Below, piece after piece: positions 38,097-46,791 of a stretch of 64,000 bases of DNA. The stretch comes from Acidobacteriota bacterium. GTDB lineage: Bacteria; Acidobacteriota; Vicinamibacteria; Vicinamibacterales; JAHECP01. A program made the position numbers and the translations under genes. Each line of letters begins with the position of its first letter. Position 1 is the stretch's first letter. A model generated the notes under the pieces. The model did no database searches. It was not told the DNA's origin and worked only from the letters and a program-made list of their open reading frames with translations. Location of the stretch: contig JAHECP010000006.1 of the NCBI GenBank assembly GCA_024641665.1, positions 4,541-68,540 of the forward strand. Direction: 5' to 3'.

Positions 38097-40157
38097 ATGC
38101 TGAACGCACGACGATCGCGGCGTGAACGGGCCGATATCCTGCGGGGGGTGAGTGCGGCTCTGCTGCTCGGGTTGCTCGCGATCACGGTCCTTGGTGCCGG
38201 GCCGGATCCACGGGCCTTCACGGCCGCCGACTATTTCGTCCTCCGCACGGTGACGGATTCGCAGATCTCACCCGATGCTTCGCAGGTGGCGTTCGTGGTG
38301 TCGTCCGTCGACCAGAAACGCGCGCGGCGGACGTCGATCTGGCTGGCGCGGTCGGACGGCGCCGCGGCGCCCATCGAGCTCACGCCCGGCGCGCCGAACG
38401 CCGGCTCGCCGCGCTGGCGGCCCGACGGTCGTGCCCTCGCCTTCGTGTCGGCCCGCCCGCAGCGCGATCAGGAGGGGGCACCAGCGGCGCAGGTGTACCT
38501 GCTCGCCTTCGAGGGCGCCGAGGCGCGGCCGATCACGTCGCTGGCCGACGGCGTCGTCGCCTTCCAGTGGTCGCCCGACGGCACCCGTCTCGCGTGTGTG
38601 AGCCGTACTCGACCCGCCGGGCGGACGAGCGGGTCGGACACGCGGCGGTACACGTCCATCTGGTACAAGTTCGACGGCCGTGGCTACCTCGACGTCCGCC
38701 GCGCGCACCTGTGGGTCGTGAACGTCGCCGACGGCGGCGCGGTCCAGGTCACGGACGGCGACTGGGATGACAGCGAGCCGGAGTGGTCACCCGACGGCAC
38801 GCGTCTCGCGTTCGTGTCGGACCGGCGATCGAACGGCACGGACTGGGAGGGACGCCACGCCGACGTGTGGGTCGTGCCCGCCGGGGGAGGCGACGCACGC
38901 CGGGTGTCGGACCACGACGAAGCCGACACGAACCCGGAATGGTCGCCCGACGGACGGAGCCTTGCATTCCTGGGCAGCCTGAGCGAAGGCGATCATCCGA
39001 AGATCTACGTTGCCGCCGCCGCGGGCGGTCCCTCGCGCCTCGTCACACGCGAGCCGCTGCAGCTGGCGGCTCGCCTCCAATGGCCTGCGCCCGGGGACGC
39101 GCTGTACTTCGAGGCCAACGTCGACGGCACACAGCAGCTGTTTCGCGTCGAGTATGCGTCCGGCAGGCTGACGCAGACGACGAGCGGGCCACGCGACGTC
39201 CGCGGGGTGTCATTCAGCCTCGGCGACCGCATCGCGTATCGGTCGAACGACTACTCCCATCCGGACGACTTGTTCGTGGCGGCGCGCGACGGCTCGCAAG
39301 AACGCCGCCTCACAACGCTGAACGCCGACGCGTTGGCGCCCGTACAGCTGTCGGCGCCGGAGCCGCTGACCTGGAAGGCCGCCGACGGCCTGACGATTCA
39401 CGGCTATGTCGTGAAGCCGTTCGGATGGCGCGAGGGTCGCCGCTACCCCCTGATCATGCAGCTCCATGGCGGGCCGAACGGGATGCACGGGTTCAGCTGG
39501 GGCATGGACGCGCAGGTCTTCGCCGGGGCGGGCTACGCCGTGTTCCTGCCGAACCCGCGGGGCTCCTCCGGCTACGGCGAGGTGTACCAACGCGCCGTGC
39601 AGAACGAATGGGGCGGCAAGGCCTACACCGACATCATGGTGGGGGTGGACGCCGTCCTCATGAAGTACGCATGGATCGATCCCGAGCGCATGGGCGTGAC
39701 CGGCCACAGCTATGGCGGATTCATGACCGACTGGATCGTCGGCCACACCGATCGCTTCAGGGCGGCCACCTCGCTCGCCGGCATCTCCGATTTCATCAGC
39801 GTCGAGGGCACCCGCGACGCGGCGTACAACCACCGGCGCGATTTCGGCGGCGACCTCTGGGAGCGCTTCCAGGAGTACTGGGATACCTCGCCCTTGAAGT
39901 ACGCCCCGCAGGTGAAGACGCCGACCATGATCCTGCACGGCGAGGCGGATGCGCGCGTGCCGCTCGAACAGGGAGAGGAGTTCTTCCGCGCGCTGAAGCA
40001 CTTCGGCGTCCCGGCCGAGCTCGTCGTCTTCCCGCGCGCGTCGCACGGCTTCCGCGCCGGCGGCGACCCGAAGCAGCTCGTCGAGCTGCTCGAGTGGCAG
40101 CTCTACTGGTTCGACCGGTGGGTGAAGGGAAACGCCGACGCGAAGCCGCCGGCCTGA
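38097..40157 (+). CDS. S9-family serine peptidase (acylaminoacyl-/dipeptidyl-peptidase type) with TolB-like propeller
   Basis: ..SPDG..LAF.. repeats, GHSYGGF nucleophile, ..LHGEADARVP... ATG 38097; the alternative GTG 38088 is in frame. Confidence 0.85.
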   Translation: MLNARRSRRERADILRGVSAALLLGLLAITVLGAGPDPRAFTAADYFVLRTVTDSQISPDASQVAFVVSSVDQKRARRTSIWLARSDGAAAPIELTPGAPNAGSPRWRPDGRALAFVSARPQRDQEGAPAAQVYLLAFEGAEARPITSLADGVVAFQWSPDGTRLACVSRTRPAGRTSGSDTRRYTSIWYKFDGRGYLDVRRAHLWVVNVADGGAVQVTDGDWDDSEPEWSPDGTRLAFVSDRRSNGTDWEGRHADVWVVPAGGGDARRVSDHDEADTNPEWSPDGRSLAFLGSLSEGDHPKIYVAAAAGGPSRLVTREPLQLAARLQWPAPGDALYFEANVDGTQQLFRVEYASGRLTQTTSGPRDVRGVSFSLGDRIAYRSNDYSHPDDLFVAARDGSQERRLTTLNADALAPVQLSAPEPLTWKAADGLTIHGYVVKPFGWREGRRYPLIMQLHGGPNGMHGFSWGMDAQVFAGAGYAVFLPNPRGSSGYGEVYQRAVQNEWGGKAYTDIMVGVDAVLMKYAWIDPERMGVTGHSYGGFMTDWIVGHTDRFRAATSLAGISDFISVEGTRDAAYNHRRDFGGDLWERFQEYWDTSPLKYAPQVKTPTMILHGEADARVPLEQGEEFFRALKHFGVPAELVVFPRASHGFRAGGDPKQLVELLEWQLYWFDRWVKGNADAKPPA

Positions 40158-40204
40158 GAGAAGAAGATTCTGAGGCAGTGGTCGAAGGAAACAGGAGGCA
40201 ACCG

Positions 40205-41656
40205 ATGCATCGCGTTGGGCTGCTGCTGGTGGTGGCGCTCCTTGCGCAGGCGGCCGGCTCGGGAGTCGTGCGCGTGACACACACGTTTCCGAGCCTGAGC
40301 GGGCCGAACCCTGCGGACGCCGGCTCGACGTCCGCGGATCTGTCAGGGGGCGTCAGCGACAGACACCTCGTCACGTTCATCAACGGCGGGTTCTCGGTAC
40401 TGGCGAAGGCCGACGGCAGGGAGGTACAGCCTCATCAGACCCAGATGCAGTTCTGGACGGCGGCCTTCGAAAACGCAGGCGACCAGGTGATGGGCAAACC
40501 GTACGATCCCCGCATCTCGTACGACCCGATGACGCGGCGCTGGTTCGCTGCGGCCAACGAGAACATCAATGGCCTGAGCCACATGATTCTGTTCGCCGTC
40601 TCGGAGGATGCCAACCCGACCCACCGGTGGAAGGCCGTCCGCTACGAGGCGCCCGTCTCGGTGGACAATTGCAAGCTCGCAATCGACCGCTTCGGCGTGT
40701 ATTCCACCGCGCTTGCCGGCAGCCGCGACCCCGCCGAGATCCCGCACGTTCCCGTGATCGCGATCCCGAAGGAGGATCTGCTCTGGAAAGGGGACGGGAA
40801 GCCGTCGCTCGAGCACCTGAACCTGTTCGAGGTGATTGGCGTGCCACGGATGAGCGACCGCAAGTACAACGGGACCGAAGGCATGGTGCCGGCGTACGAC
40901 TGGGATGCGCACAAGAGCAGGTCCACGCCGGTGTATTACGTGAACCGGTTCCGGAAGGAGGTCGACGGCGAAACCTTCCTGCAAATCCGCAAGCTGACGT
41001 GGATCTCGCCCGCCAAGGCCACGTTCAGCGACGCGGCGGAGATCGGCCTCGGCGAACACTACAGCGTCCAGCCGACATCGCTCGGCGTCCAGCCTCCGCT
41101 CGGCGACAATCTCCACTCACCGGGCATCCGTGCCGGCGAAGCGCGCATCGTCAATGCCATCGTTCGCAACGGGAGGCTGTACACCATTGCCGCCGCGCAG
41201 ATGGGGGAGCGAACGGGCGCGTTCTGGGTCGAGATCGACCTGGCGACGATGAAACTCCTCCAGCACGGCACGCTCGCCGATCCCGACCTGGACATCCTGT
41301 TCCCGTCGATCAACGTCGATCGCAACGGCAACATCGGCATCGGCATGTCCGCCACGTCCGCCACGGTGTATCCATCGGCGTACGTCACAGGACGCCTCAA
41401 GAGCGACCCGCCGAACACGCTGCGGCCGCTGGTGCGCGCTGTCGAAGGAAAGTACGTGCACCTGCGGAAGAGGACGGACGTGACGAAGCCGGACCAGGGC
41501 GAGAGCTGGAGCGACTACTCCATGGTCATCCTCGATCCCGTCGATCAGACGACGTTCTGGACGCTGCAGGAAGCGACGACCAATCCGACGATGCCGCAGG
41601 AACAGAACGCGGATCGTTACGGCACGCACTGGGTGACGTGGCGGGTGGGAAAGTGA
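40205..41656 (+). CDS. Secreted protein of unknown function (483 aa), embedded in the peptidase operon
   Basis: ATG 40205 and signal-like MHRVGLLLVVALLAQAAG. No catalytic motif recognised. C-terminal ..GESWSDYSMVILDPVDQTTFWTLQE.. resembles a (R)WGDYS..DP.D..FW signature I recall from uncharacterised propeller-like proteins (unverified). Confidence 0.6.
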   Translation: MHRVGLLLVVALLAQAAGSGVVRVTHTFPSLSGPNPADAGSTSADLSGGVSDRHLVTFINGGFSVLAKADGREVQPHQTQMQFWTAAFENAGDQVMGKPYDPRISYDPMTRRWFAAANENINGLSHMILFAVSEDANPTHRWKAVRYEAPVSVDNCKLAIDRFGVYSTALAGSRDPAEIPHVPVIAIPKEDLLWKGDGKPSLEHLNLFEVIGVPRMSDRKYNGTEGMVPAYDWDAHKSRSTPVYYVNRFRKEVDGETFLQIRKLTWISPAKATFSDAAEIGLGEHYSVQPTSLGVQPPLGDNLHSPGIRAGEARIVNAIVRNGRLYTIAAAQMGERTGAFWVEIDLATMKLLQHGTLADPDLDILFPSINVDRNGNIGIGMSATSATVYPSAYVTGRLKSDPPNTLRPLVRAVEGKYVHLRKRTDVTKPDQGESWSDYSMVILDPVDQTTFWTLQEATTNPTMPQEQNADRYGTHWVTWRVGK

Positions 41657-43257
41657 GGTGTCAGGTGCGACGGTTGCAACACGTGGCCGAGGCGTGGACG
41701 GCACGGCTGCTGTGCGCTGCGGCGGTGCTCGCGTTCGTGGCGTCGTGCGCGGGAACGACGCCGGGGCGTGGCGGCGAACCGGCGGCTGGCTCCGTCGTGC
41801 TGTCCCCGTTCACGCTGAACACGAACGGGCAGTCGCTGGCCGCCGAGGAAGGGCTGCTGTTCGTACCCGAAAACCGCGCGAAACCGAAGAGCCGGATCAT
41901 CGGAGTCCATTTCATCCGGATTCGGGGAACGCGCGGGTCGGGCTCGCCGGTCTTCTATCTTCCAGGTGGTCCCGGGACGTTCGTGACGCGCGCGAACATC
42001 GAAAACGCCAGGTACCAGCGTGAGATCGAGTTCCAGCGGGCGTCCGGACGCGACCTCCTGTTCGTCAACCAGCGCGGCAACCCGTCGGTGCCACTGGCGT
42101 CGAATCTGGTCTGGCCAGCCGCGCCGGAGCCGCTCGGACAAGCGGAGACGCAGCAGAGCGAGGCCGAGGTCCTGCGCACAGCGGTCGAACAGGGGCAGGC
42201 GGAATGGGCGAAGCGCGGCGTCGATCTCACCGGCTACGACATCCTCAACATCAGCGACGATGTCGAGGATCTCCGCCAGGCGCTCGGGTACGACCGCATC
42301 ATCTTCTGCGCCGGCAGCTTCGGGTCACAGTGGACCTTTGCCTTCCTCAAACGACACGCGTCGTCGGTGGACCGAGTGCTGCTGCGCGGCGTCGAACCGC
42401 TCGATTACGGATATGACAGCCCCATGTGGCTCTGGAACGCCGTCGAGCGGGTGGCCGCCGTGGCCGACGCGGACCCGGCGCTGAAAGGACTGATTCCGCA
42501 AGGGGGGTTGCTCGAGGCCGTCAAGACGATCCTCGACCGTCTGGAGAAACAGCCGCAGACGGTCACCATCACGAACCGGACCGACGGGAAGCCCGTCAGC
42601 GTGACGGTCGGCAAATACGACCTGCAGAACGTTCTCAAGTACCCGACGCCGCAGCCCTACCGGAACAACCTCGAGCGGTGGCCACGGTTCATCCTGGAGC
42701 TCTACCAGGGTGATTACCGGTACCTGGCGGCCACCGCCCTCGAGTCGCGCACTGGCGGCGGGCGCCCGATGATCGGCCTGCTGATCGACAACAGCCTCGG
42801 GATCAGCGCCGAACGCGAGGCGCAACTCGAGAGCGAGACCGAGCAGCAGTGGATCGGACCCGTGGAGCCCGCATACTTTGCGACGCGCGACCTGACAGTC
42901 ACCACGCGCGTACCGGACGCCTTCCGCGCGGACGCGCCCATCGAGTCGCCGGCCGTCTTCCTCCAGGGCGACATGGATTTCTCGACGCCGATGGAGAACG
43001 CGCAACATCAGGCGAAGCTGCTCAGCCGCGGCCGGCTGGTGGTCGTGCATCGGGGAACGCACTCGGTGGATGACGAGGTCGAGGCGATGCACCCCGAGCT
43101 GAAGGCGGCGCTGCAGCGGTTTCTCGCGGCCGATACCGACGTCGAGATCGACGCGGCCCTCGAGGCGCTGCCCGCGGAGGCCGCTCTTCCGCCGATCGCG
43201 TTCGAGACGCTCGAGGGGCCGTCGCTCTACGAGCGCTGGCTGAAGCGGTCCTGGTAG
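41653..43257 (+). CDS. S33-type alpha/beta hydrolase (prolyl/tripeptidyl aminopeptidase-like), probable lipoprotein
   Basis: ..LLCAAAVLAFVASCAG.. is lipobox-like. ..VFYLPGGPG.. oxyanion motif. AGSFGS aligns to the GGSWGS nucleophile elbow. The candidate GTG 41653 overlaps the upstream stop (GTGA); alternative starts are 41665, 41674 and 41683. Confidence 0.72.
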   Translation: MRCQVRRLQHVAEAWTARLLCAAAVLAFVASCAGTTPGRGGEPAAGSVVLSPFTLNTNGQSLAAEEGLLFVPENRAKPKSRIIGVHFIRIRGTRGSGSPVFYLPGGPGTFVTRANIENARYQREIEFQRASGRDLLFVNQRGNPSVPLASNLVWPAAPEPLGQAETQQSEAEVLRTAVEQGQAEWAKRGVDLTGYDILNISDDVEDLRQALGYDRIIFCAGSFGSQWTFAFLKRHASSVDRVLLRGVEPLDYGYDSPMWLWNAVERVAAVADADPALKGLIPQGGLLEAVKTILDRLEKQPQTVTITNRTDGKPVSVTVGKYDLQNVLKYPTPQPYRNNLERWPRFILELYQGDYRYLAATALESRTGGGRPMIGLLIDNSLGISAEREAQLESETEQQWIGPVEPAYFATRDLTVTTRVPDAFRADAPIESPAVFLQGDMDFSTPMENAQHQAKLLSRGRLVVVHRGTHSVDDEVEAMHPELKAALQRFLAADTDVEIDAALEALPAEAALPPIAFETLEGPSLYERWLKRSW

Positions 43258-43282
43258 ACCGGGTCCCGTGCTGCGGCGGACG

Positions 43283-43696
43283 GCCGGCGCGGATGAACTT
43301 CCTCGCGCGGACGTGCGGGCCCTTCAGGTCGATGATCGAGATCTTCTGTTCGAGCACGGTCAGCACGAACGCGGGCTGGCCGTCGCGGGACACCTCGAGC
43401 CGCTGCGGCGAGCCGCCGGCGCCAATCGTCAGCTGCACGGCCTTGGTGTCGGCGTCGATGCACGAGACCGTATCGTCATCGACGTTCGTGACGAGCACGG
43501 TCTTGTGATCCAGCAGGAAGAGCGGCGTTCTCGGGGCGTGACCGCCCGAGGTGAAGTGGTCGAGGACGGTGTCGGTCGCCGCGTCGAGGATGCTGATGTG
43601 GTTGCCCTCCTCGGCCGTCACGTAGTAGCGGCGCGCATCGGGCGTGAAGACCACCCGCCACGGCTCCTTACCCATGTCCGTGAGGTGCTTGACCAC
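43283..43696 (-). pseudogene. Remnant (about 3 blades, ~138 aa) of a fourth YVTN beta-propeller paralog, truncated at both ends
   Basis: Within ORF 43022-43927 (-): GKEPWRVVFTPDARRYYVTAEEGNHISILDAATDTVLDHFTSGGHAPRTPLFLLDHKTVLVTNVDDDTVSCIDADTKAVQLTIGAGGSPQRLEVSRDGQPAFVLTVLEQKISIIDL. This aligns to the middle blades of P2/P3. There is no signal peptide and no PDGLAFRQ-type C-terminus. Its ends run into the flanking + strand genes. Confidence 0.55.
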
Positions 43697-45839
43697 GCGT
43701 GACCGACAGCTGGCCCTCGGCGTGTTCCTTGTCATGGCCTTCGTTGTGGCGCCCGGCCGCGCCCAGGAACGCGAGGACCGCACGCTGCTCTCCTGGGCCC
43801 AGATGCACGCCATCGTCGACGAGGCGTCGGGCGAGCGCGCCATGCAGACGGTCCAGATGATCGCGCCCTTTCCCGGGCTGCGCCCGGCGTCCGAATACAC
43901 CGGACACTTCCACGAGAGTGACGCCATGGCGCGGCTGGCGCGCGAGTACGGCTTCAGCGACGTCCAGATTGAGACGTATCCCCTGCCGGCACCGCTGTGG
44001 CAGGCGTCCGAGGCCCAGCTCTGGATGGTGGAGCCGCAGGCGAAGAAGCTCTACGACGCGCACGACGTCAACCTCGCGGTCGTCGCAGGCAGCGACACGG
44101 GTGACCTGACCGCGGATGTCGCCGACGTGGGCACGGGGCAGCGCGCGAAGGAGTACGCCGGGATCGACGTGAGCGGCAAGATCGTGCTGGGATCCGGACC
44201 GGCGCGCGGCCTGCAGCAGCTCGGAGTGTTCGAGCGAGGAGCGGTCGGTCTCATCAGCTACGACTCGCATCGGCCCAACGCGTATCCGGACGAAGTGCTC
44301 GATCAGGAGCACATCAGGCCCGGGCCGAGCGGCAAGAGCGCCGGCTTTGCGTGGGCGATCTCGCCGCGGGTCGCGCGCGAGCTGCTGGACGGCCTGCACG
44401 GCGGGCGCCGGGTGCGGCTGCGGTCGGTCGTCAAGGCCGAATCGTTCCCCGGCAAGCACGAGATGGTGCACGCGATGATTCCGGGCGACGGCAGCTCGCC
44501 GCAGGCGATCGTGGTGTCGGCCCACCTGTTCGAGCAGCACCTGAAGCAAGGCGCGAACGACGATGCATCGGGATGTGCCGTGACCCTCGAGATGGGCCGC
44601 ACGCTCCTCCGGCTCGTGGCCGAAGGGAAGCTCCCCAGGCCCCGGCGCGACATTCACTTCACGTGGATCGACGAGGTGCGCGGCACGCGCGAGTGGCTGA
44701 AGCGCCACGACGACGTGCGCCAGCGGTTGATCGCGGACCTGAACTTCGACCAGGTCGGCAACGGCCTGTTGCGGAGCTCGAGCCTCTACGTCCTGCACCG
44801 CACGCCCGACACCCTGTCCAGCTACCTCAACGACGTGGGCGCCAGCTTCCTCGAGTTCGTGGACCACACGAACCGGGAGCGGGCCGTCTACCGCACTCAC
44901 GGCTTCGGCTTCTCCATGCCGGTGGTCGCGCCGACCGGAACCCACGACGACCCGTTCATCACGGCCGTCGCCCCCTACTGGCCACCAAGCGACCACCGCG
45001 TGTACCTCGATCAGGGCATCCCTGCTGTGCTGTTCAACGACTGGCCGGACATGTGGTACCACTCGTCCTACGACCGTCCGGACCGAGGCATCCTCGATCC
45101 GACGCAGATGAAACGCGCGGCCGTGGTCGGCGCGGCCTTCGTGAGTCTGCTGGCGTCGGCCGATGACGAGCTTGCCACCCGTGCGATGTTCGAGTCGCTC
45201 GGGCGCGGCTCGGAGCGGATGGCCGCGGCGGTTGGCCGGGGACTCGGTTTCATGGCGGACGCCCAGGGGCCCCTGGTCGCGACGGCCTACAAGGAGGCCC
45301 TCAACGCGCTGCGGCACCAGATGGCCGTCGAGCGCGACGTCGTCAAGTCCGCGGCGGTGCTGTTTGCCGATCGGGCCGCGGGCGAACGCGCGGTCGCGAG
45401 CGTCCTGCCGCTCGTCGAAGCCCGCGCGGCGGCACTCCAGAACGAGCTGGCTGCGGCGTTTCGGGTGAAGGCCGAACAGTACCATCTCGCGCCGACCGAA
45501 CCACCGCCCTCGGCCGCCGAGACGCTGGCGGCCCGCCAGGTGCCCGAACGCACGAAGCCTCTGCAGCCACCGGGCGTGATTCAGGCGGCGATCGCCAAGC
45601 TGCCCCCAGCCGATGAAGCAGCTGTTGCCGCGGCGCTGGCGAGGATGCCGGCGTACGAGAGCTTCAACTACGAGTTCAATGCGCTCCTCCAGCAGAAGGA
45701 GACGATCCTCGAGATCCGTGACTTCCTGTCCGGCGAGTTCGATCCCCTGCCGCTTGCCGATCTCCTGGGCTACCTGCACGCTCAGGAGAAGCTCGGGTTC
45801 ATGCGCATCGTGGAGCGTCCGGGACCGAAAGGCCGGTGA
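43674..45839 (+). CDS. M28-like peptidase-fold protein (PA domain + aminopeptidase-like domain + C-terminal helical domain)
   Basis: Signal-like MSVRCLTTRDRQLALGVFLVMAFVVAPGRAQ. ..VVSAHLFEQHLKQGANDDASGCAVTLEM.. carries the GAxDDxSG metal-site motif. ..WYHSSYD... The start is uncertain (GTG 43644 alternative). Confidence 0.72.
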   Translation: MSVRCLTTRDRQLALGVFLVMAFVVAPGRAQEREDRTLLSWAQMHAIVDEASGERAMQTVQMIAPFPGLRPASEYTGHFHESDAMARLAREYGFSDVQIETYPLPAPLWQASEAQLWMVEPQAKKLYDAHDVNLAVVAGSDTGDLTADVADVGTGQRAKEYAGIDVSGKIVLGSGPARGLQQLGVFERGAVGLISYDSHRPNAYPDEVLDQEHIRPGPSGKSAGFAWAISPRVARELLDGLHGGRRVRLRSVVKAESFPGKHEMVHAMIPGDGSSPQAIVVSAHLFEQHLKQGANDDASGCAVTLEMGRTLLRLVAEGKLPRPRRDIHFTWIDEVRGTREWLKRHDDVRQRLIADLNFDQVGNGLLRSSSLYVLHRTPDTLSSYLNDVGASFLEFVDHTNRERAVYRTHGFGFSMPVVAPTGTHDDPFITAVAPYWPPSDHRVYLDQGIPAVLFNDWPDMWYHSSYDRPDRGILDPTQMKRAAVVGAAFVSLLASADDELATRAMFESLGRGSERMAAAVGRGLGFMADAQGPLVATAYKEALNALRHQMAVERDVVKSAAVLFADRAAGERAVASVLPLVEARAAALQNELAAAFRVKAEQYHLAPTEPPPSAAETLAARQVPERTKPLQPPGVIQAAIAKLPPADEAAVAAALARMPAYESFNYEFNALLQQKETILEIRDFLSGEFDPLPLADLLGYLHAQEKLGFMRIVERPGPKGR

Positions 45840-45961
45840 GGCCGCCGACGGGACAGGCATTCACGCATGTTGGCCGAGGCGCTGGCTGGCGACGATGACC
45901 AAGCAAGAGAGCGGAAGGCGCACGGTACCTCTTCGAGGTCGGGATGGCGTGGCGGCCGGAA

Positions 45962-45987
45962 GGGATATGATATACTTTGCGCATATG
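45962..45987 (+). promoter_or_regulatory. AT-rich box copy 4 (GGGATATGATATACTTTGCGCATATG) overlapping the GntR start; TATACT 45971-45976 lies 8 nt before ATG 45985 (near-leaderless)
   Basis: The reverse complement AAGTATATCATATCCC matches copy 5 (TAGTATATAATATCCC) at 14/16 positions. Confidence 0.5.
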
Positions 45988-46680
45988 AGGCCAGGCGGCA
46001 ACTCTCTCATTGAGCTCGACCCCACTGTCGCGCTACCTACGGCACTGCCCGATCGCATCTACGCCACGCTCAAGCACCGCATCCTCACGGGCTCGATCCT
46101 GCCATCGGCGCGCATCATCGAAAAGGAACTCTGCACCGAGATGCACGTCTCACGAACGCCGCTCAGGGAGGCCCTGAACCGCCTCGCGCTGGAAGGCCTG
46201 GTGCAGATCGTCCCCTACCGGGGCTACGTCGTGGCCCCGCTGACCGTTCAGGGGTTCCGGGAACTCTGCGAGGTGCGACGTATCCTCGAGGCCGAGACGG
46301 CCGCGCTGGCGGCCGAGCGGGCGACCGATGCCGACATCGCGCACTTGGCCTCGCTGGCCGAGCTGCGGTACCGGCGGGAGGACCGCCGGACCTACGGCAA
46401 GTACCTCCGGGCCAACAGCGCGTTCCATCAGGCGCTGGTGCGATCGTCCGGCAACACCCGGCTCGAAGGCATTGTGATGCTGGCACTTGATCAACACCAG
46501 CGCCCGCTGTATCTCGGCCTGGGAGTAGGGGTCGATGGAGCGGCGTCGACCGGCGAGCATCGGGATATCGTCGATGCGATCCGGGAGCGGAAGCCGCAGC
46601 GCGCGCGTGAGGTGATGATCCAACATCTGAGGCGCGCGGAGGATCGCATCGCGAGCGCCCTGCAGGCCGCTGGCTACTGA
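45985..46680 (+). CDS. GntR-family transcriptional regulator, FadR subfamily (FCD C-terminal domain)
   Basis: ..PDRIYATLKHRILTGSILPSARIIEKELCTEMHVSRTPLREALNRLALEGLVQIVPYRGYVVAPL.. wHTH, followed by an all-helical ..FHQALVRSSGN..EHRDIVDAI.. FCD-type domain. An alternative ATG lies at 45967. Confidence 0.85.
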   Translation: MRPGGNSLIELDPTVALPTALPDRIYATLKHRILTGSILPSARIIEKELCTEMHVSRTPLREALNRLALEGLVQIVPYRGYVVAPLTVQGFRELCEVRRILEAETAALAAERATDADIAHLASLAELRYRREDRRTYGKYLRANSAFHQALVRSSGNTRLEGIVMLALDQHQRPLYLGLGVGVDGAASTGEHRDIVDAIRERKPQRAREVMIQHLRRAEDRIASALQAAGY

Positions 46681-46728
46681 CGCGGCGGATCCGTGTCCGG
46701 CTTGTGGTGCCGGGCCGGTGGACTCGAA

Positions 46729-46748
46729 GGGCCGCCGTACGGCGGCCC
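46729..46748. terminator. Perfect GC hairpin GGGCCGCC-GTAC-GGCGGCCC between convergent GntR and propeller P3 genes
   Basis: 8-bp GC stem and 4-nt loop read directly from the sequence. Sits between stop codons at 46680 (+) and 46792 (-). No U-tract. Confidence 0.6.
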
Positions 46749-46791
46749 TCCTCGTGCAAGAACCTCCCGCGACACCCGTTGGACCGCCCGC

